Shown: one piece after another, positions 15,735 to 31,594 of the stretch
Layout: each line of letters starts with the position of its first letter
Numbering within the stretch: the stretch's first letter is position 1
Source: the human T2T-CHM13v2.0 reference genome, Homo sapiens
DNA: 64,000 nt
Strand: one strand, 5' to 3'
NCBI RefSeq assembly: GCF_009914755.1
Contig: NC_060926.1
Translations under genes and position numbers: made by a program
Notes under the pieces: generated by a model
What the model saw: only the letters and a program-made list of their open reading frames with translations
Database searches by the model: none
Told to the model about the DNA's origin: nothing

Positions 15735-16108
15735 GCATGTAGGTACCCAGCAAGCTACAACATGAGGCAGCAAGTGGCTTGTGTCAGAAAACTGGGAAAG
15801 AGACGAATGAAGTAGGGAAGACCTTCTGTAGCTAAGGCAACCAAGAAGGGCAGCAGAGCGAAGGTGCACCCTGCACCTGCCAGGACACTGTCCATCCAGC
15901 AGGGCGTGTTGCTCTTTCCAATTTCCTTTGCATTTGTATACATTTTGTATAGATCTGGGCTTACAGACAGTTCTAAGGAAGACAGCTTTTCTATATTCTA
16001 CAGATGTTGCCAACAGCTTTAAAGAAATTACTCCCACAGAGAACAAAAAAATAAATGAATAAGGCAGGTTATGTTTGGTGTTTCTAAAAAGAAATCATAG
16101 ACTGTGGT

Positions 16109-16391
16109 GCCTGTAATCCCAGCACTGTGGGAGGCTGAGGCGGGAGGATCACTTGTGCCTAGGAGTTGAAGACCAGCCTGGGCAACAAAGTGAGACTCTC
16201 ATCTCTACCAAATTAAAAAAAAAAAAATTAGCCAGGCGTGGTGGCATGTGCCTGTAGTCCCAGCTACTTGGGAGGCTAAGGCTGGGAGGACTGCTTGAGT
16301 CTGAGAGTTCAAGTTTGCAGTGAGCTGTGACTGCACCACTGTACTCCAGGCCAGATAAGAGTGAGACCCTGTTTCAAAAAAAAAAAAAAAA
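16109..16391 (+). mobile_element. Alu (J-type)
   Basis: Alu consensus; tail runs into a purine tract. Confidence 0.92.
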
Positions 16392-16580
16392 GGAAAAGAA
16401 AGGAACAGGGAGAAGGAAGGAAAAAGTGAATGTAAGGGGAAAGGGAAGGGGAGGGGAGGGGAGGGGAGTGAGGGAAGAAGGAAGGAGTGAAAGAAGGAAG
16501 GGAAGGGAAGGAAGGGAAAAAAAAGGAAAGAAACAAGAAAAAGAAAGAAAGAAGAAAAATAAAGAAAAGAAAGAAATAAA
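16392..16580 (+). repeat. GA-rich low-complexity tract
   Basis: Nearly pure purine GGAA/GGGA/GAAA units. Confidence 0.9.
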
Positions 16581-17238
16581 TCATAATGCCACTGTCATGT
16601 TCAAAATTGTTACGCTTTTAGGGAGATAGTATTTTATTATCTTCTGCCAGGGGGAACTGCAGAGGGTAACTGAGTGTTAAAAAAAATCACTGAGGCTAAT
16701 CCAAATGTCTGCTTGACGAGGCTTTTGTGGAGCAAGGAGGAGAGGCTTGGTGACCAGACACCTGGCGAAATGGCACTGATCCTGATATGATCCAGTGGTG
16801 CTACTCGGTGTGGCCAGGTGATTGATGGAGGGAACTCAGACCAGTTTCCAAGGTTGCCCCACCTCCCACACCACTGTCTTACAAACTTCATGTTCTGCTT
16901 TCAAGACTTTTGCCATATCCACATTCCATCTCTATTATTATTTACTTAATATTTTTCTCTAAACGTACTCGTGTTTGAAGTTAAATGTGCTCATTATGTT
17001 TCTTCTAATAATCATTAAAGCAAATATATAATCATTCGAATGAAACAGGTCCATTTTGTGTACCAGTGCGTTGAGCACCACAAGGATACAACTATCACAC
17101 CTTGGGAAACAATGATTTACATTAAAAACCACAAGTATTGGCCACTGTATCTGGAATAATACCTTGGAATAATAGCAAGAACCTCAGATATTTGTTTCTA
17201 AAACTAGACTATACATTGCATTAGCTGTAGCAGGATAA

Positions 17239-17599
<361 letters not shown>

Positions 17600-19178
17600 T
17601 GCTCTTAAATTTTTACCCTCTGTTTAAGTTTCCAACCCAGCTCCTACCCTCACTTCCAGATGCTCTTACCTCTGATGTCAGGGAAAAAATAAAGACACGA
17701 GGCCTCTCTTCCTCCCCTTCTGTCTGTCCATTTGTCCCTGTGTGTCCTTCCTGAGTTAGGGAAGGAGGGGTCCTGTTTCTTTCTAAAGCCACTGTCTGTA
17801 GTCAGCCTCTCCTCCAGGGCCCCTCCCTTTCCTTCACGCTTCTATGTTCACTCTTCGCCATTTCCTTCTTAGCCCGTAAACATTGCTAAGTGTCCCTCCT
17901 ATCCCACTGTTTGAAACCAACCAACAAGCACACTTCTCCAACCCTGCCCCCTCCTCAGCACCGCCTGCCTTTGGTCTCATTGGCAAATGTCACTAGAGGG
18001 GTTTACACCCATGGCCAACTCTCGCTAGCTTTCCCTGTCACATCTCCACTCGGGATTCTGGTTTCTGCCCCACTGCCCGACACTGCTCTCGGGAAGGTAT
18101 CGATGACCTTGGCATTGCCAAGTTCAGTGACCTCTTCTGAGCTTGCACCCTCCCCTGCCGGCCCACAGCACAGGCGCCTTGGATGGGAGGCTTTTTTGGA
18201 GACTTGAGTCTGCCTCTCTCAGCCCTTGAGCCTCTCCTCTTCTTGGTGTTTCCTTCTGTCTTCTGCCTCTTGCCTGCTGCCTGGCTCTCTGCTCCCCCCA
18301 GTCCAGCAAATGCCAAAATAGGCTCCTGATGCTCCTGTCCTGTGCGGTCAGATGAATCCAGACAATGCTGCAGGCTGTATATCTCACTCGCAGGGCCCCA
18401 GTGCACATTAGCCTATTAGGCAGTGAGAAACTCTGTGCTACAGAAAAATTTGATGAGCTCAGGGTTCCCAACACGTATTTGACCACTGAATCCTCTTTTT
18501 TTGAGAGGAGGGAGGGTAACATCTTTTTTGTCCTGAGAAAAGTCCTGATGAACTGAGGAATTCGGGTTTTATGGATAGGATACACCCCTTTGCCACTCTC
18601 TATACCTGCATTGTCAATAGAGTAGCCCTTAGCAAGCTGTGACCGCTGAACACATGCAGTGTTTCCATGGTACTGGTTTGTATCTGTCTTTTAACATTAC
18701 ACATCGTCTAACTGGTGCTGTTGTTAATCTGTGTAGTTACGGTGTCAGTGGCTCTGACTGCAGACCAGGGACTGTGTCTAACACATTTCTGTAATAGCAA
18801 GCTGAGCACAGCGTGTTGGCTACCTGCAGTCAGGGAATATTTGTTAGGGGATAGAATATTGTGTTGGTCCTAGGCCTGTTTGTGCCCAGGTCCATTTCTC
18901 ACCTTTTCCCTGTTCTGCTCTGGGCTGCAAAAAAGCCAATCCTGCAGGCTGTTTTTTCTAAGCTTCTGTTCTATTTGGCCTCTGCCTGGGTTTGGCCAAT
19001 GAGAGGAAACTCTGGCAGGAGACTGAATGTTACAGGGTGGAGTAGGAAAAATGTCCTCTCTCCAGAAGAGTGACATGATTAAAAAGTTTTTTGTCTGTTA
19101 AGTAATGAATGGAAATGCTGGGCTTGCATCTTACACAAACTTGGAGTTCAAGAATTCAGATGAATTAACACAAAAATT

Positions 19179-19826
<648 letters not shown>

Positions 19827-20276
19827 TCACTAGCTGGTGATACCCTTAGGGTGACTGGCCAAAGGAATGGTGCAACTGGCCTGGAGGGTCACACTCACAA
19901 CTGTGGCTCCATGAGATTCCACAGAAAAACCAAGTCTCATTAAAGATGAGCTCAAAGTAAAAAAAAAAAAAAAAAATTACAAAAAACGGGAAAAATCCAC
20001 CATAAATTGAAAAATGAGGATTAGAACACCAAGAACATATGACAGTAGAACAAAAATACACATGGAGATGTAAAATATATATGTTTAACATTACTCAAGA
20101 CACATAATGAAGGGCTTGAAGCCATAGGTAGTCTATTAAAAGAAAGAATAAGGAGAGTTGAAAAAGAATAAAAATGGCAAATATTGTCATGGAAATGATA
20201 AATTAATAGATTAAATAGCAGATTAAACACATCCTAGGAATTAGTAAACCTAAAAACAGATGTGAAGAATTATTTA

Positions 20277-20593
<317 letters not shown>

Positions 20594-21932
20594 TTAAGAG
20601 ACACAGAGGACAGAATGACAAGGCCCAACATACATCTGACAGGTAGTCCAGGAGAAGGGAATAGAAAGAATTGAGAGAGGTAATATTGAGATTATAATGG
20701 CTGAGACTTTTCTAGAATTGAAGAATGATACAATGCCTCAAATTCAGAACAATGGCTTCTGATTAGGAAAAAAATAAATCCATACCAGAACACCAAGGAG
20801 GGAAGAAAAAACATGATTAAACAGTCAGAAAGAAAAATCAGAATAACCACATGAACAGCAATTAGACTGGCTGCACATAACACACAACACAGAGAAAAAA
20901 ATAACTGTCCAGCTAAAAATCTAAATCACAGATGACAGAGAAATAAACACATTTTCAGACAAAGTCTGAGCGCATTTACCACTAATAGACATGACTGGAA
21001 AAACTATTAAAAGACGTATTTCAGGAAGAAGGAAATTACATAAGAAGGAAAAAGAAAAGAGATATGAGAAATGGTGAGCCAAAATACTAGTAAATGTGTA
21101 AGAAATCAAAATAATCATTGACTGTATAAAACAACAATAATACTAAGTTGGCAGGTATAAATACAAGGTGAAGTTAAAACACAAAAATGTAATAACATGA
21201 AAGACATAAGAGAATCATTAGAGATAAATCATCCTCCTTGCATTGATCAGCAGAAGGAAGAGATATTGATCAAAGGCAAACAGGTATGTTAAAAATGGAA
21301 AGGTAACCACTCAAAGAACAGACATAGACTACATAATTTCCCAACCAGTAGAGGGCAATAAAAGAAACAAAGAAACTTGATCAGTGCGACAGAAGTCCCT
21401 GTGTCAGCAGAACAAAAAGGGGCAAAGAAAATGCCTGGTAAATAGAAAATACATAATAAAATAGATACAAATAAAAGTATTAAATTGTTTTAATCAATGT
21501 AAATGGCTTAAATCTGTCAGTGAAAAGAGAGGCTCTGGATTAAAAATCAGGTCATAGAAGTGTTGGAAGTAGTGGGCTAGAAAAAGCTATCCAAATAAAA
21601 ATTCTAAAAGCAACTGGGGAGGTTTTATTACAACAGACAAATTAGGCTTTAAGGACCCGTATGAGATGGTAGAAACATTCACCAGGAAGAAGAATAATTC
21701 TGATCTTATTTGCAACTAACAGGAAAGCCTCAAAGTGTAAAATAAAAAACTAAGACCCATACCCCACCTCCCTCCAAAAAAAAGAAAAAACTGACATATC
21801 TATAATCGTAGTAGAGTTTAATATAGTTCTCTCAATGAAAATTAATGAGAATATGAAAGATTTGAACACTATTAACAAGGTTAACATATGAACACACATA
21901 CAAGAGACTATACATTCTTTTTCCATAGAACC

Positions 21933-22230
21933 AGGCTGGGCATGCTGGCTCACTCACGCCTGTAATCCCAGCACTTTGGGAGGTCGAGGTGGGCAGATCA
22001 CTTGAGGTCAGGAGTTCGAGCCCAGCCTGGCTAACATGGCGAAACCCCATCTCTATTAAAAACGCAAAAATTAGCTGAGTGTGGTGACAGGCGCCTGTAA
22101 TCCCAACTACTCAGGAGGCTGAGGTGCGAGAATCACTTGAACCCAGGAGGCAGAGGTTGTAGTGAGCCAAGATTGTGCCACTGCACTCTAGCCTGGGTGA
22201 CAGAGTAAGACACTGTCTCAACAACAACAC
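21933..22230 (+). mobile_element. Alu (S-type)
   Basis: Full Alu; flanking CCA(T/C)AGAACCA. Confidence 0.94.
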
Positions 22231-22419
22231 AAAGAACCCACAGAACCAATTTCAACAAACACCAAGGAATCAATATTACTGTAGAAAAATGTTTACTGAA
22301 TGTAGCTGGAAAATTATACATTTAACATTATTTTCAGATATTTCACTTTAAAGAAAAAGAACTTCCTAATCTCCCCAGGTAGCCTCCTCCGTTATTTTAC
22401 TTGACCTATCGCTAACATC

Positions 22420-23985
<1,566 letters not shown>

Positions 23986-26589
23986 TGTGAAGATACACTC
24001 TGAGCTTCAGGAGACAGTACAGCAGTGTTGACTACAGGCAGTCAGAGAAATTGATGAAAACTTCCTGGTAGGTCCTTTTTGGTAGACAAGAAGAGTGGGC
24101 AAAGAAGAAAGATGAGAGATCATGGCTACTATCAGGTTGATGTTCCCAGAGGAATAATTAGTAGTGGGCTGGGCCACAAGACCCACCCCCACACTGTGGG
24201 AGGATGTGGAGACTGAGAGACAAGTTATGAATCATAGGTATGTCGCACCATAGTTGGGAAGCACTATTCCAAGTTACAGTGCAAGCAAGAATAAGAAGCA
24301 AACAAGAGATGCCTAAGAAAGGAGAGGGGAAAGATCTGGGCAGATTCCAGGAGGTAAAGGACAAAAGACAATCTGTGATGACGAACACAGAGAGTGCTTG
24401 TTCAGATTATGTCACAAGTCCCACAAAAGTCCTTGCCCATTTGGAGGGGAGCAGTGCCGGTGAACAATGCTATTCTCTGTGTGCCCACTTATGCGGCCAG
24501 AGTATCACATAATGGTTTCCAGTTATACTGTAGTTAAGCTCAGTGAAAAGATGAGATTTTTAACAGTAAATCTAGATGAATAAACTGCATTTTCTGAAGG
24601 CTGCCTTTTTATTGAAGTTTTATCAGGACACTAGAAAGTTACAAGATATTTTATGTTGTAAAAGAATAGCTTTTCATCCACTTGGCAAATATTTATTGAG
24701 TACCGGGTAGCATGCTTCCACCACAAAGATATTTGTTTTTACTTTTGGAAATTTAAATAATTACTGGACAAATTTCTAAATTCATGTCTTTTTGAGGCCT
24801 GTCAAGTTCTACTCCATTAGGAGCTATGTTGCTCCTGTAAGCACAAAAAGGAAAGAAGTTGAAATCATATTCTAATGTTGCAGACCATCAGAAAGCAAAC
24901 TATTTGCCTATCAGAAAATAGTCATATTCTAGAATTTCCAAAAGCAACTATATTGACAAGTGCAACCAGATAAAGACAAATTTTATTGGTTTTATTTTTA
25001 CTTTTGAATCTACTGTAAAAGGTCATAAGCCTAAGACAGCAATGACCTCCTAATGATAGACAAAAGCGCAGACCTGGCCCCAGAGAGCAGTTAGTTCAGG
25101 CTAAAATCTGCATTACCTTCTAACCTGCCAGACTTGTACCATGACTCAATTGAGGGAGTTAATGTGAGATGCAGGATATAGACTATTATAAAGAGATATG
25201 AAATAGTAGTTTCATCATGTTAGAACTTTCAATTCTAACAATAAAAATAACTATACCAATATGTGTATGATGATTTTCAAACCCTGATCAATCCTCCGAA
25301 TAACTGATAACAGCTCTGACCCCTGCTCTATAAGTAAATAGATAATCTGAAGCTTAGTGGTGAAGAGACTTACCAGATAAATTAGAGCTACTACATATCT
25401 AAATCTAGGTAACTTGATTCAAGTCTTATACTTTCCAATGGCAGGCCATTTAAGATGATGCTTACACTGCAATTACTGGAGATTCCATGTATAAACCTAC
25501 CAGGTCCTATGCTTGGTGAACTGAATTCTAAAGGCAAAAAAGGTTTAGGATAAATATTCTGAATGCCAATTAGCCCAAAGCAATGAAAAAGCAAACAAGG
25601 CCCTTACTCTAACTCTTTTTTATGTCTAAGTGATATAATTATTCCCTTACACACCCTTCTACTCTGTCACACACACAATTAGGACCTTGTATCTAATAGC
25701 CAGTTCCAAAGAGACTGTTCCATGCACTGTAGCACTTTGTATCAGTGCACTGATTACTACAGTTCTGTCCTTGGGCAATACGGGTTTCATATGCACATAT
25801 ATATTTTTTCTTAGTATTACTGAACAGCTTATTACACCATTAATCTCCCCCAATGGTATGTTCATATAACTCATGTTTTCCACTTGTTTATGACTACATA
25901 CATAATTGGAGACTTTGCCCCAAATTGCTGAGTTTAGGACACACAAATTCTATAGCACTGGCTGACTCTGACTTCAGGTGGCTAATGGATGACCACCGGT
26001 GACACAGGGATCCCAGTGGCAGGTTCTTCGGTACCTTGGAATGTAACTTGACCAGCTTGGATTCATTTAAAGCAGTTAATTTTCTTTACCCTCCATCTTG
26101 CAATTAACTGATGACTGTTCTGCTTTTGTGGTTGGGAGTTAAGAGCAGCTCCCAGTTAATGGAAAGCAGCATGTGGGGGTGGCTAAGAGAATGAGTTCTG
26201 AAGTCAGATCTGGACTTGAGTTCCAACTCTACTACTTACTCAGACAACCCAAAGATTAGTTCATGACTTGGTACACAGCAAATATTTACTAAATGTTAGC
26301 TGTTACTTCTAGTATCTATTATGTGTCAGACATTAAACTTGTGCTTTACAAACCCCTTAAGCCTCATGTGCAATGTGGGTATTATTATTCTCACTTATAC
26401 AGACCAGGCTAAGGCTCGGAGGGGTGAGCTAGCTGAGACAGGAATCAAAGCAATCCTCCCACTATACTTCCCACTACACTCATTTATCGTTCTCTTTGAA
26501 AGAGTAAGTGATTTTTGCCTTTTGACAAGCTTAAAACATCTCTCTTAAGAATGTCCTTCATAATTTGTTGTTCTTTAAAGCAAAGTTTA

Positions 26590-28290
26590 AAAAGTGATTC
26601 TAAAACTGATTCTAAAAGTTTATACGGAGAGGCAAAAGACCCAGAATAGCCAACAAAAAAATTAAAGGAGAAGAATAAAACTGAAGAACTGACACTACCT
26701 GACCTCAAGACTTACTAGAAAGCTGCAGTAATCAAGCCAGTGTGATACTGGCAAAAGAATACACAAATAGATCAATGAAACAGAATAGAGCCCAGAAATA
26801 GACCCATATAAATAGAGTCAACTGACCTTTGACAAAGGAGCAAAGGCAATACAATGGGGCAAAGATACTCTTTTCAACAAATGATGCTGGAACAACTGGC
26901 CATCCAAATGCGAAAAAAAAAAAAAGAAATTGTCTTTAAAATGAAATATAGACACAGGTCTCTACTGTTCGCAAAAATCAACTCAAAATGCATCACAAAC
27001 CTAAATCTGAAACACAAAACTATAAAGCTCCCAGAAAATAGTGTAAGCGAAAATCTAGATAACCTTGGGTTTAGTGATGACTCTTTAGATATGATACCAA
27101 AGACACAATCCATGAAAGAAAGAGTTGATAAGCTGGACTTCATTAAATGTAAACACTTTCATTCTGCAAAAGATGTGGTCAAGAGAATGAGAAGACAAGG
27201 CACAGACTGAAAAAAAATTTGCAAAAGACGTATCTGATAAAGAACTATTTTTCAAAATATGGAAAGGACTCTTTTAACAGTTCAACAATAAGAAAACAAA
27301 TAAAAAAATGGGCCAAAGACCTTAACAGATGCCTCATGGAAAAAGATATGCAGATGGCAAATAAGCATATAAAAAGATGCTTTGCATCATACGTTGTTGG
27401 GAAAATGCAAATTAAAACAAAAATGAGATACCACTACACACCTGTTAGAATGGCCAGAATCTGTAACACTGACACCACCAAATGCTGGCAAGGATGTGGA
27501 ACAACAGGAACTTTCATTCATTGCTGGAGGGAATGCAAAATGGTACAGCCACTTTGGAAGACAGTTTGCCATTTACAAACTAAACATACTCTTAAACCAT
27601 ATGATCCAGCAGCAATCACACACCTTGGTATTGATTCAAAGGAAATGAAAACTTATGTCCACAAAAAAGCCTGCACACAGATATTTGTAACAGCTTCATT
27701 CAGAATTGCCAAAACTTGGAAGGAATCACAATATCTTTCAGTGAGTGGATAACTGTGGTATACCCAGACAACGGAATATTATTTAGCACTAAAACGAAAG
27801 GATCAAGCCATGAAAAGATATGGAGGAAACTTACATGCCTATTACTAAGTAAAAGAAGCCAATCTGAAAAGGCTATGTACTGTGTGATTCCAATCATATG
27901 ATATTCTGGGAAGGGCAAAACTATGGAGACAGTAAAAAGATCAGTGGTTGCCAGGGGATGGGAGGGAGGGAGAGCTGAACAGGTAGAGCACAGAAGATTT
28001 TTAGGGTAGTGAAAATACTCTGTATGATACTGTGATGGTAGCTGTATGTCATTACCCATTTGTACAATCCCACAGAATGCACAGCACCAAGACTGAACCC
28101 TAATGTAAACTACAGACTTTGATAATGACATGATGTAGGTGCATCAATTGTAACAAATGTACTGCTCTGGTGGGGGTTGTTGTTAATGGGGGAGGCTATG
28201 CCTGTGTCGGGGCAAGGGACATATGGGATATCTCTGTGTCTTCCTCTCAATTTTGCTGTGAACCTAAAACTACTCTAAAAAATAAAGTCT
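26590..28290 (+). mobile_element. L1 (L1M-type) ORF2 3' part and 3'UTR
   Basis: ORFs 26854..27210 and 27219..27752 translate to decayed ORF2p C-terminus (KWAKDLNR, MRYHYTPVRMA, HCWRECKMVQPLWKTV). Confidence 0.92.
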
Positions 28291-28309
28291 TTTAAAAAAG
28301 TGATTATGA

Positions 28310-29155
28310 AGACAAATAATTTTAAAACGGGCAAAGGATCTGAATAGACATATCTCCAAAGGAGGTATACAAATGGCCAACAAGCACATGAAAAGATGCC
28401 CAATATCATTAGTCATCAGGGAAATGCAAATCAAAACCACAGTGAGATGTCACTTTATGTCCACTGGATGGCTATAATAAAAGTCAGATAATAACAAGTG
28501 CCGGTGAGGATGTGGAGTAACAGAAAGCCCTGTACACTGCTGGCGGAAATAGAAAATGGTGCAGCCAGTGAGGCAGGTCCTCAACAAATTAAACATAGAT
28601 TTGCCATTTGACCTGGGAATTCTACTCCTAGATATATATCCAAAAGAAACATGGACATATGTTCACACAAAAACTTGTAGACAAATGTTCACAGCAGTAT
28701 TATTCACAATAGCCAAATGGTTGAAACAACCCAAATGTCCACTAACTAATGAATGGATAAACAAAACGTGGCATATCCACACAATGGGATGTTAATTTGG
28801 CCATAAAAAGGAATGATGTACAGCTACATGCTACTACATGGATGAACCTTGAAAACATTATGCTAAGTGAAATAAGCCAATCACAAAATGCTACACATTT
28901 TATGATTCCATACATATGAAATGTTCAGAATAGACAAACATGGAAACAAAAGATTAGTGCCTGCTCAGGGCTGAAGGCTGGAGGGGGGCTTAGGGAAATG
29001 GGGGTGATAGCTAAATTGTACAGAGATTCATTTTGAGGTGATAAAAATGTCTTATAAGTGACTGTGGAAATGGTTGGACAACTTTGTTAATACACTAAAA
29101 ACCACCAATTGCATGGCAAGTGAATTGTATCTCAATGAAGCTGTTACCAAAAAAA
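28310..29155 (+). mobile_element. Second L1 3'-end fragment
   Basis: ORF 28556..28795 has ORF2p-like KQPKCPLTNEWINKTWHIHTM. Confidence 0.88.
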
Positions 29156-29301
29156 GTGATTACATTCAGCTTTATCCTTCTGGATACTATTGTCATAGAG
29201 TCTTGTCCTTGTTTATTATGTTCAGTCTTTGACTCCTTGACTCTTCTCTGTGTGTCCTTTTTACATAGAGAAAAGCCTGTGCAATCTCTGATTTTTCCTG
29301 T

Positions 29302-29628
<327 letters not shown>

Positions 29629-29999
29629 CTGTTTTTGTTTCACTGGTATGAGTAACGGTTGTAGTGCCGAAGTTCATTATTAGGAGATGGTGGCAATATC
29701 AGCACACTAGTGTAGAGGCTAACAGCATGGACTTGGGAGCCAGACCATGGACCACCTCTACCGCTTACTAGCAGGTTCCACTTGGACAAATTATCTAATC
29801 TGTTTTAATTTCTGTATCTCAAAAAAGAAAACAATGAAGAGGTAATACATTCAAGGACCTTAGAAAAGTATCTAAACTAAGAAGTCCTCAAAAAAGAGCA
29901 CTTTTCCTCTTTTATTTTTACTGGTGTGAGAGATGGTTGCAGAGCCAGAATTTCATTATTTTTTAAAAATCATGAAAATAGCACAATAATCTCTTTCTC

Positions 30000-30990
30000 A
30001 TATAACCTCTCTGTTTCCCATCTTTGTGAGTTCCTTTCACTATCCAGCCCTTAACTGCTGATCTTCTAGGTCTGATCTTCTTCCCAAGTAATCTCATCTA
30101 CTTTCACTGGTTCAACAACTACCAATATGTATGTCATTCCACCAGGTGGTGTACATCTGATGTTGTCTATCTTATCTGACCACCTGCTTGACAATTCTAT
30201 GTGGACATCCCATAGGTGCTCCAAACTCCTCTTCTTCCCCCAACTCTAATTCTTCACTGCAGTTGGTGGCACCATTATCCCATCCTGTCCCTCAAGACAC
30301 AAATCTGGAAATAACTGACTTTTCCACCGACACTCATATTCCATCTATCTCCAGTTCCTGCCAATTTTCCCTCAGAACTCCGTTTCATCATTTTTTGCTC
30401 CACCTTGGGTGCATATCAGAATCATATGGGAGGCTTTGAAAGATCCCCACGATCAGGCCGAACTTCAATCCATTTAAATTAGGACCCTGGAAACTATAGA
30501 TTTTTCAAGTTTCCCAAGTGATTCCAACATACAGCTGAGCTAGAGAATTTCTGACTTAGCCCTTGGCCTGCCTCTCAAGCCTCAACTTTTATAGTTCCTG
30601 GCTTTGTATTTCCATTCTGACGATACTGAAATGCTTATAATTACACTTCCCCACCATGCCATTTCTTGTCTTTATCATACACTCCACCATCCTACCCACC
30701 AAATCTGGCTTATTGCTACTTATCTTATGGACCTGGCAGTTGCTTCCTCCAGCAAGTCTCTCGTTCACCAATCTATGGCTGAATTTGGTATTCCTTCTCT
30801 GTAGTCCTTAAGTGCCTGGCAAATATCTATCACTGTGCTGAATATGCTGTTTTATAATTATCTGCATATGGGCCTAATCCCCTCAAAGAACTATGTACCA
30901 CCTAAGACAATGGCCACTTGACACTCAGTTTTGTATCCCCAGCACCTGCTTAGCCTTATGTAAACACTTCATACATGTTAGTTGAATAAG
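30000..30990 (+). mobile_element. L2 remnant, probably with an embedded MER5-like DNA element (~30400-30555)
   Basis: L2-like 3' tail near 30930-30990; catatcagaatca...gtgattc motif. Confidence 0.55.
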
Positions 30991-31548
30991 TTTCCGGAGA
31001 TGAGGAAAGGCTTTTTGGAAAGAGGTTGTTTGTGCTAGATGTTGACAGATGGACTGGATTTAGATCCATATCTTTCTTTCCACCCAAGGGCTTATACGAC
31101 CACCAACATGATTAACTTTAACACTGCTTAACTTTGATACCTCCAAGCATTCACTGCTGTTTCTTTTACATAAACTCTTATTTTGTACTAAAAGTCTTAC
31201 TCTACATTTGCAATGAGTATTAATTTGTAAGTTCCATCCAATCTTTTTAGAAAAAAGTTGCAGTAAAACTTATAAAAACACAAGTCTATTACCCTAGATT
31301 ATGTTTTCCTTACTTTTGTGAGCAACAATGTATTAAAATCAAACTTTATTTCACTTTTGAGATACATATGATTATCTCCAATCAAATTATCTTCATCTTG
31401 ACCACTTATACATTTATTTTGCCCCCTATGATATAAAACAATTTGCTGGCCTGTTCTCATGAGACTACATTAAGGAAAAAGAGACATTCCAAAGACATTT
31501 AATCATGACTAAATAAAAACAATTAAAAGTAAGTTTTAAAGAATGTTT

Positions 31549-31594
31549 CAAAAGAAATACACAATACAACTAATATAGTTTGTGTTCTTTTAAT
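31549..31594 (-). terminator. Poly(A) signal ATTAAA (31589-31594) with downstream GU-rich element
   Basis: Minus-strand ATTAAA followed ~20 nt later by GTTGTATTGTGTATTTCTTTTG. Other AATAAA hexamers at 31762-31767, 31413-31418 and 31345-31350 are alternative candidates. Confidence 0.65.

Noticed and set aside
26854-27752. ORF2p-like L1 reading frames
   Set aside because: Fragmented by stops and frameshifts, and lacking endonuclease and RT cores; inactive relic.
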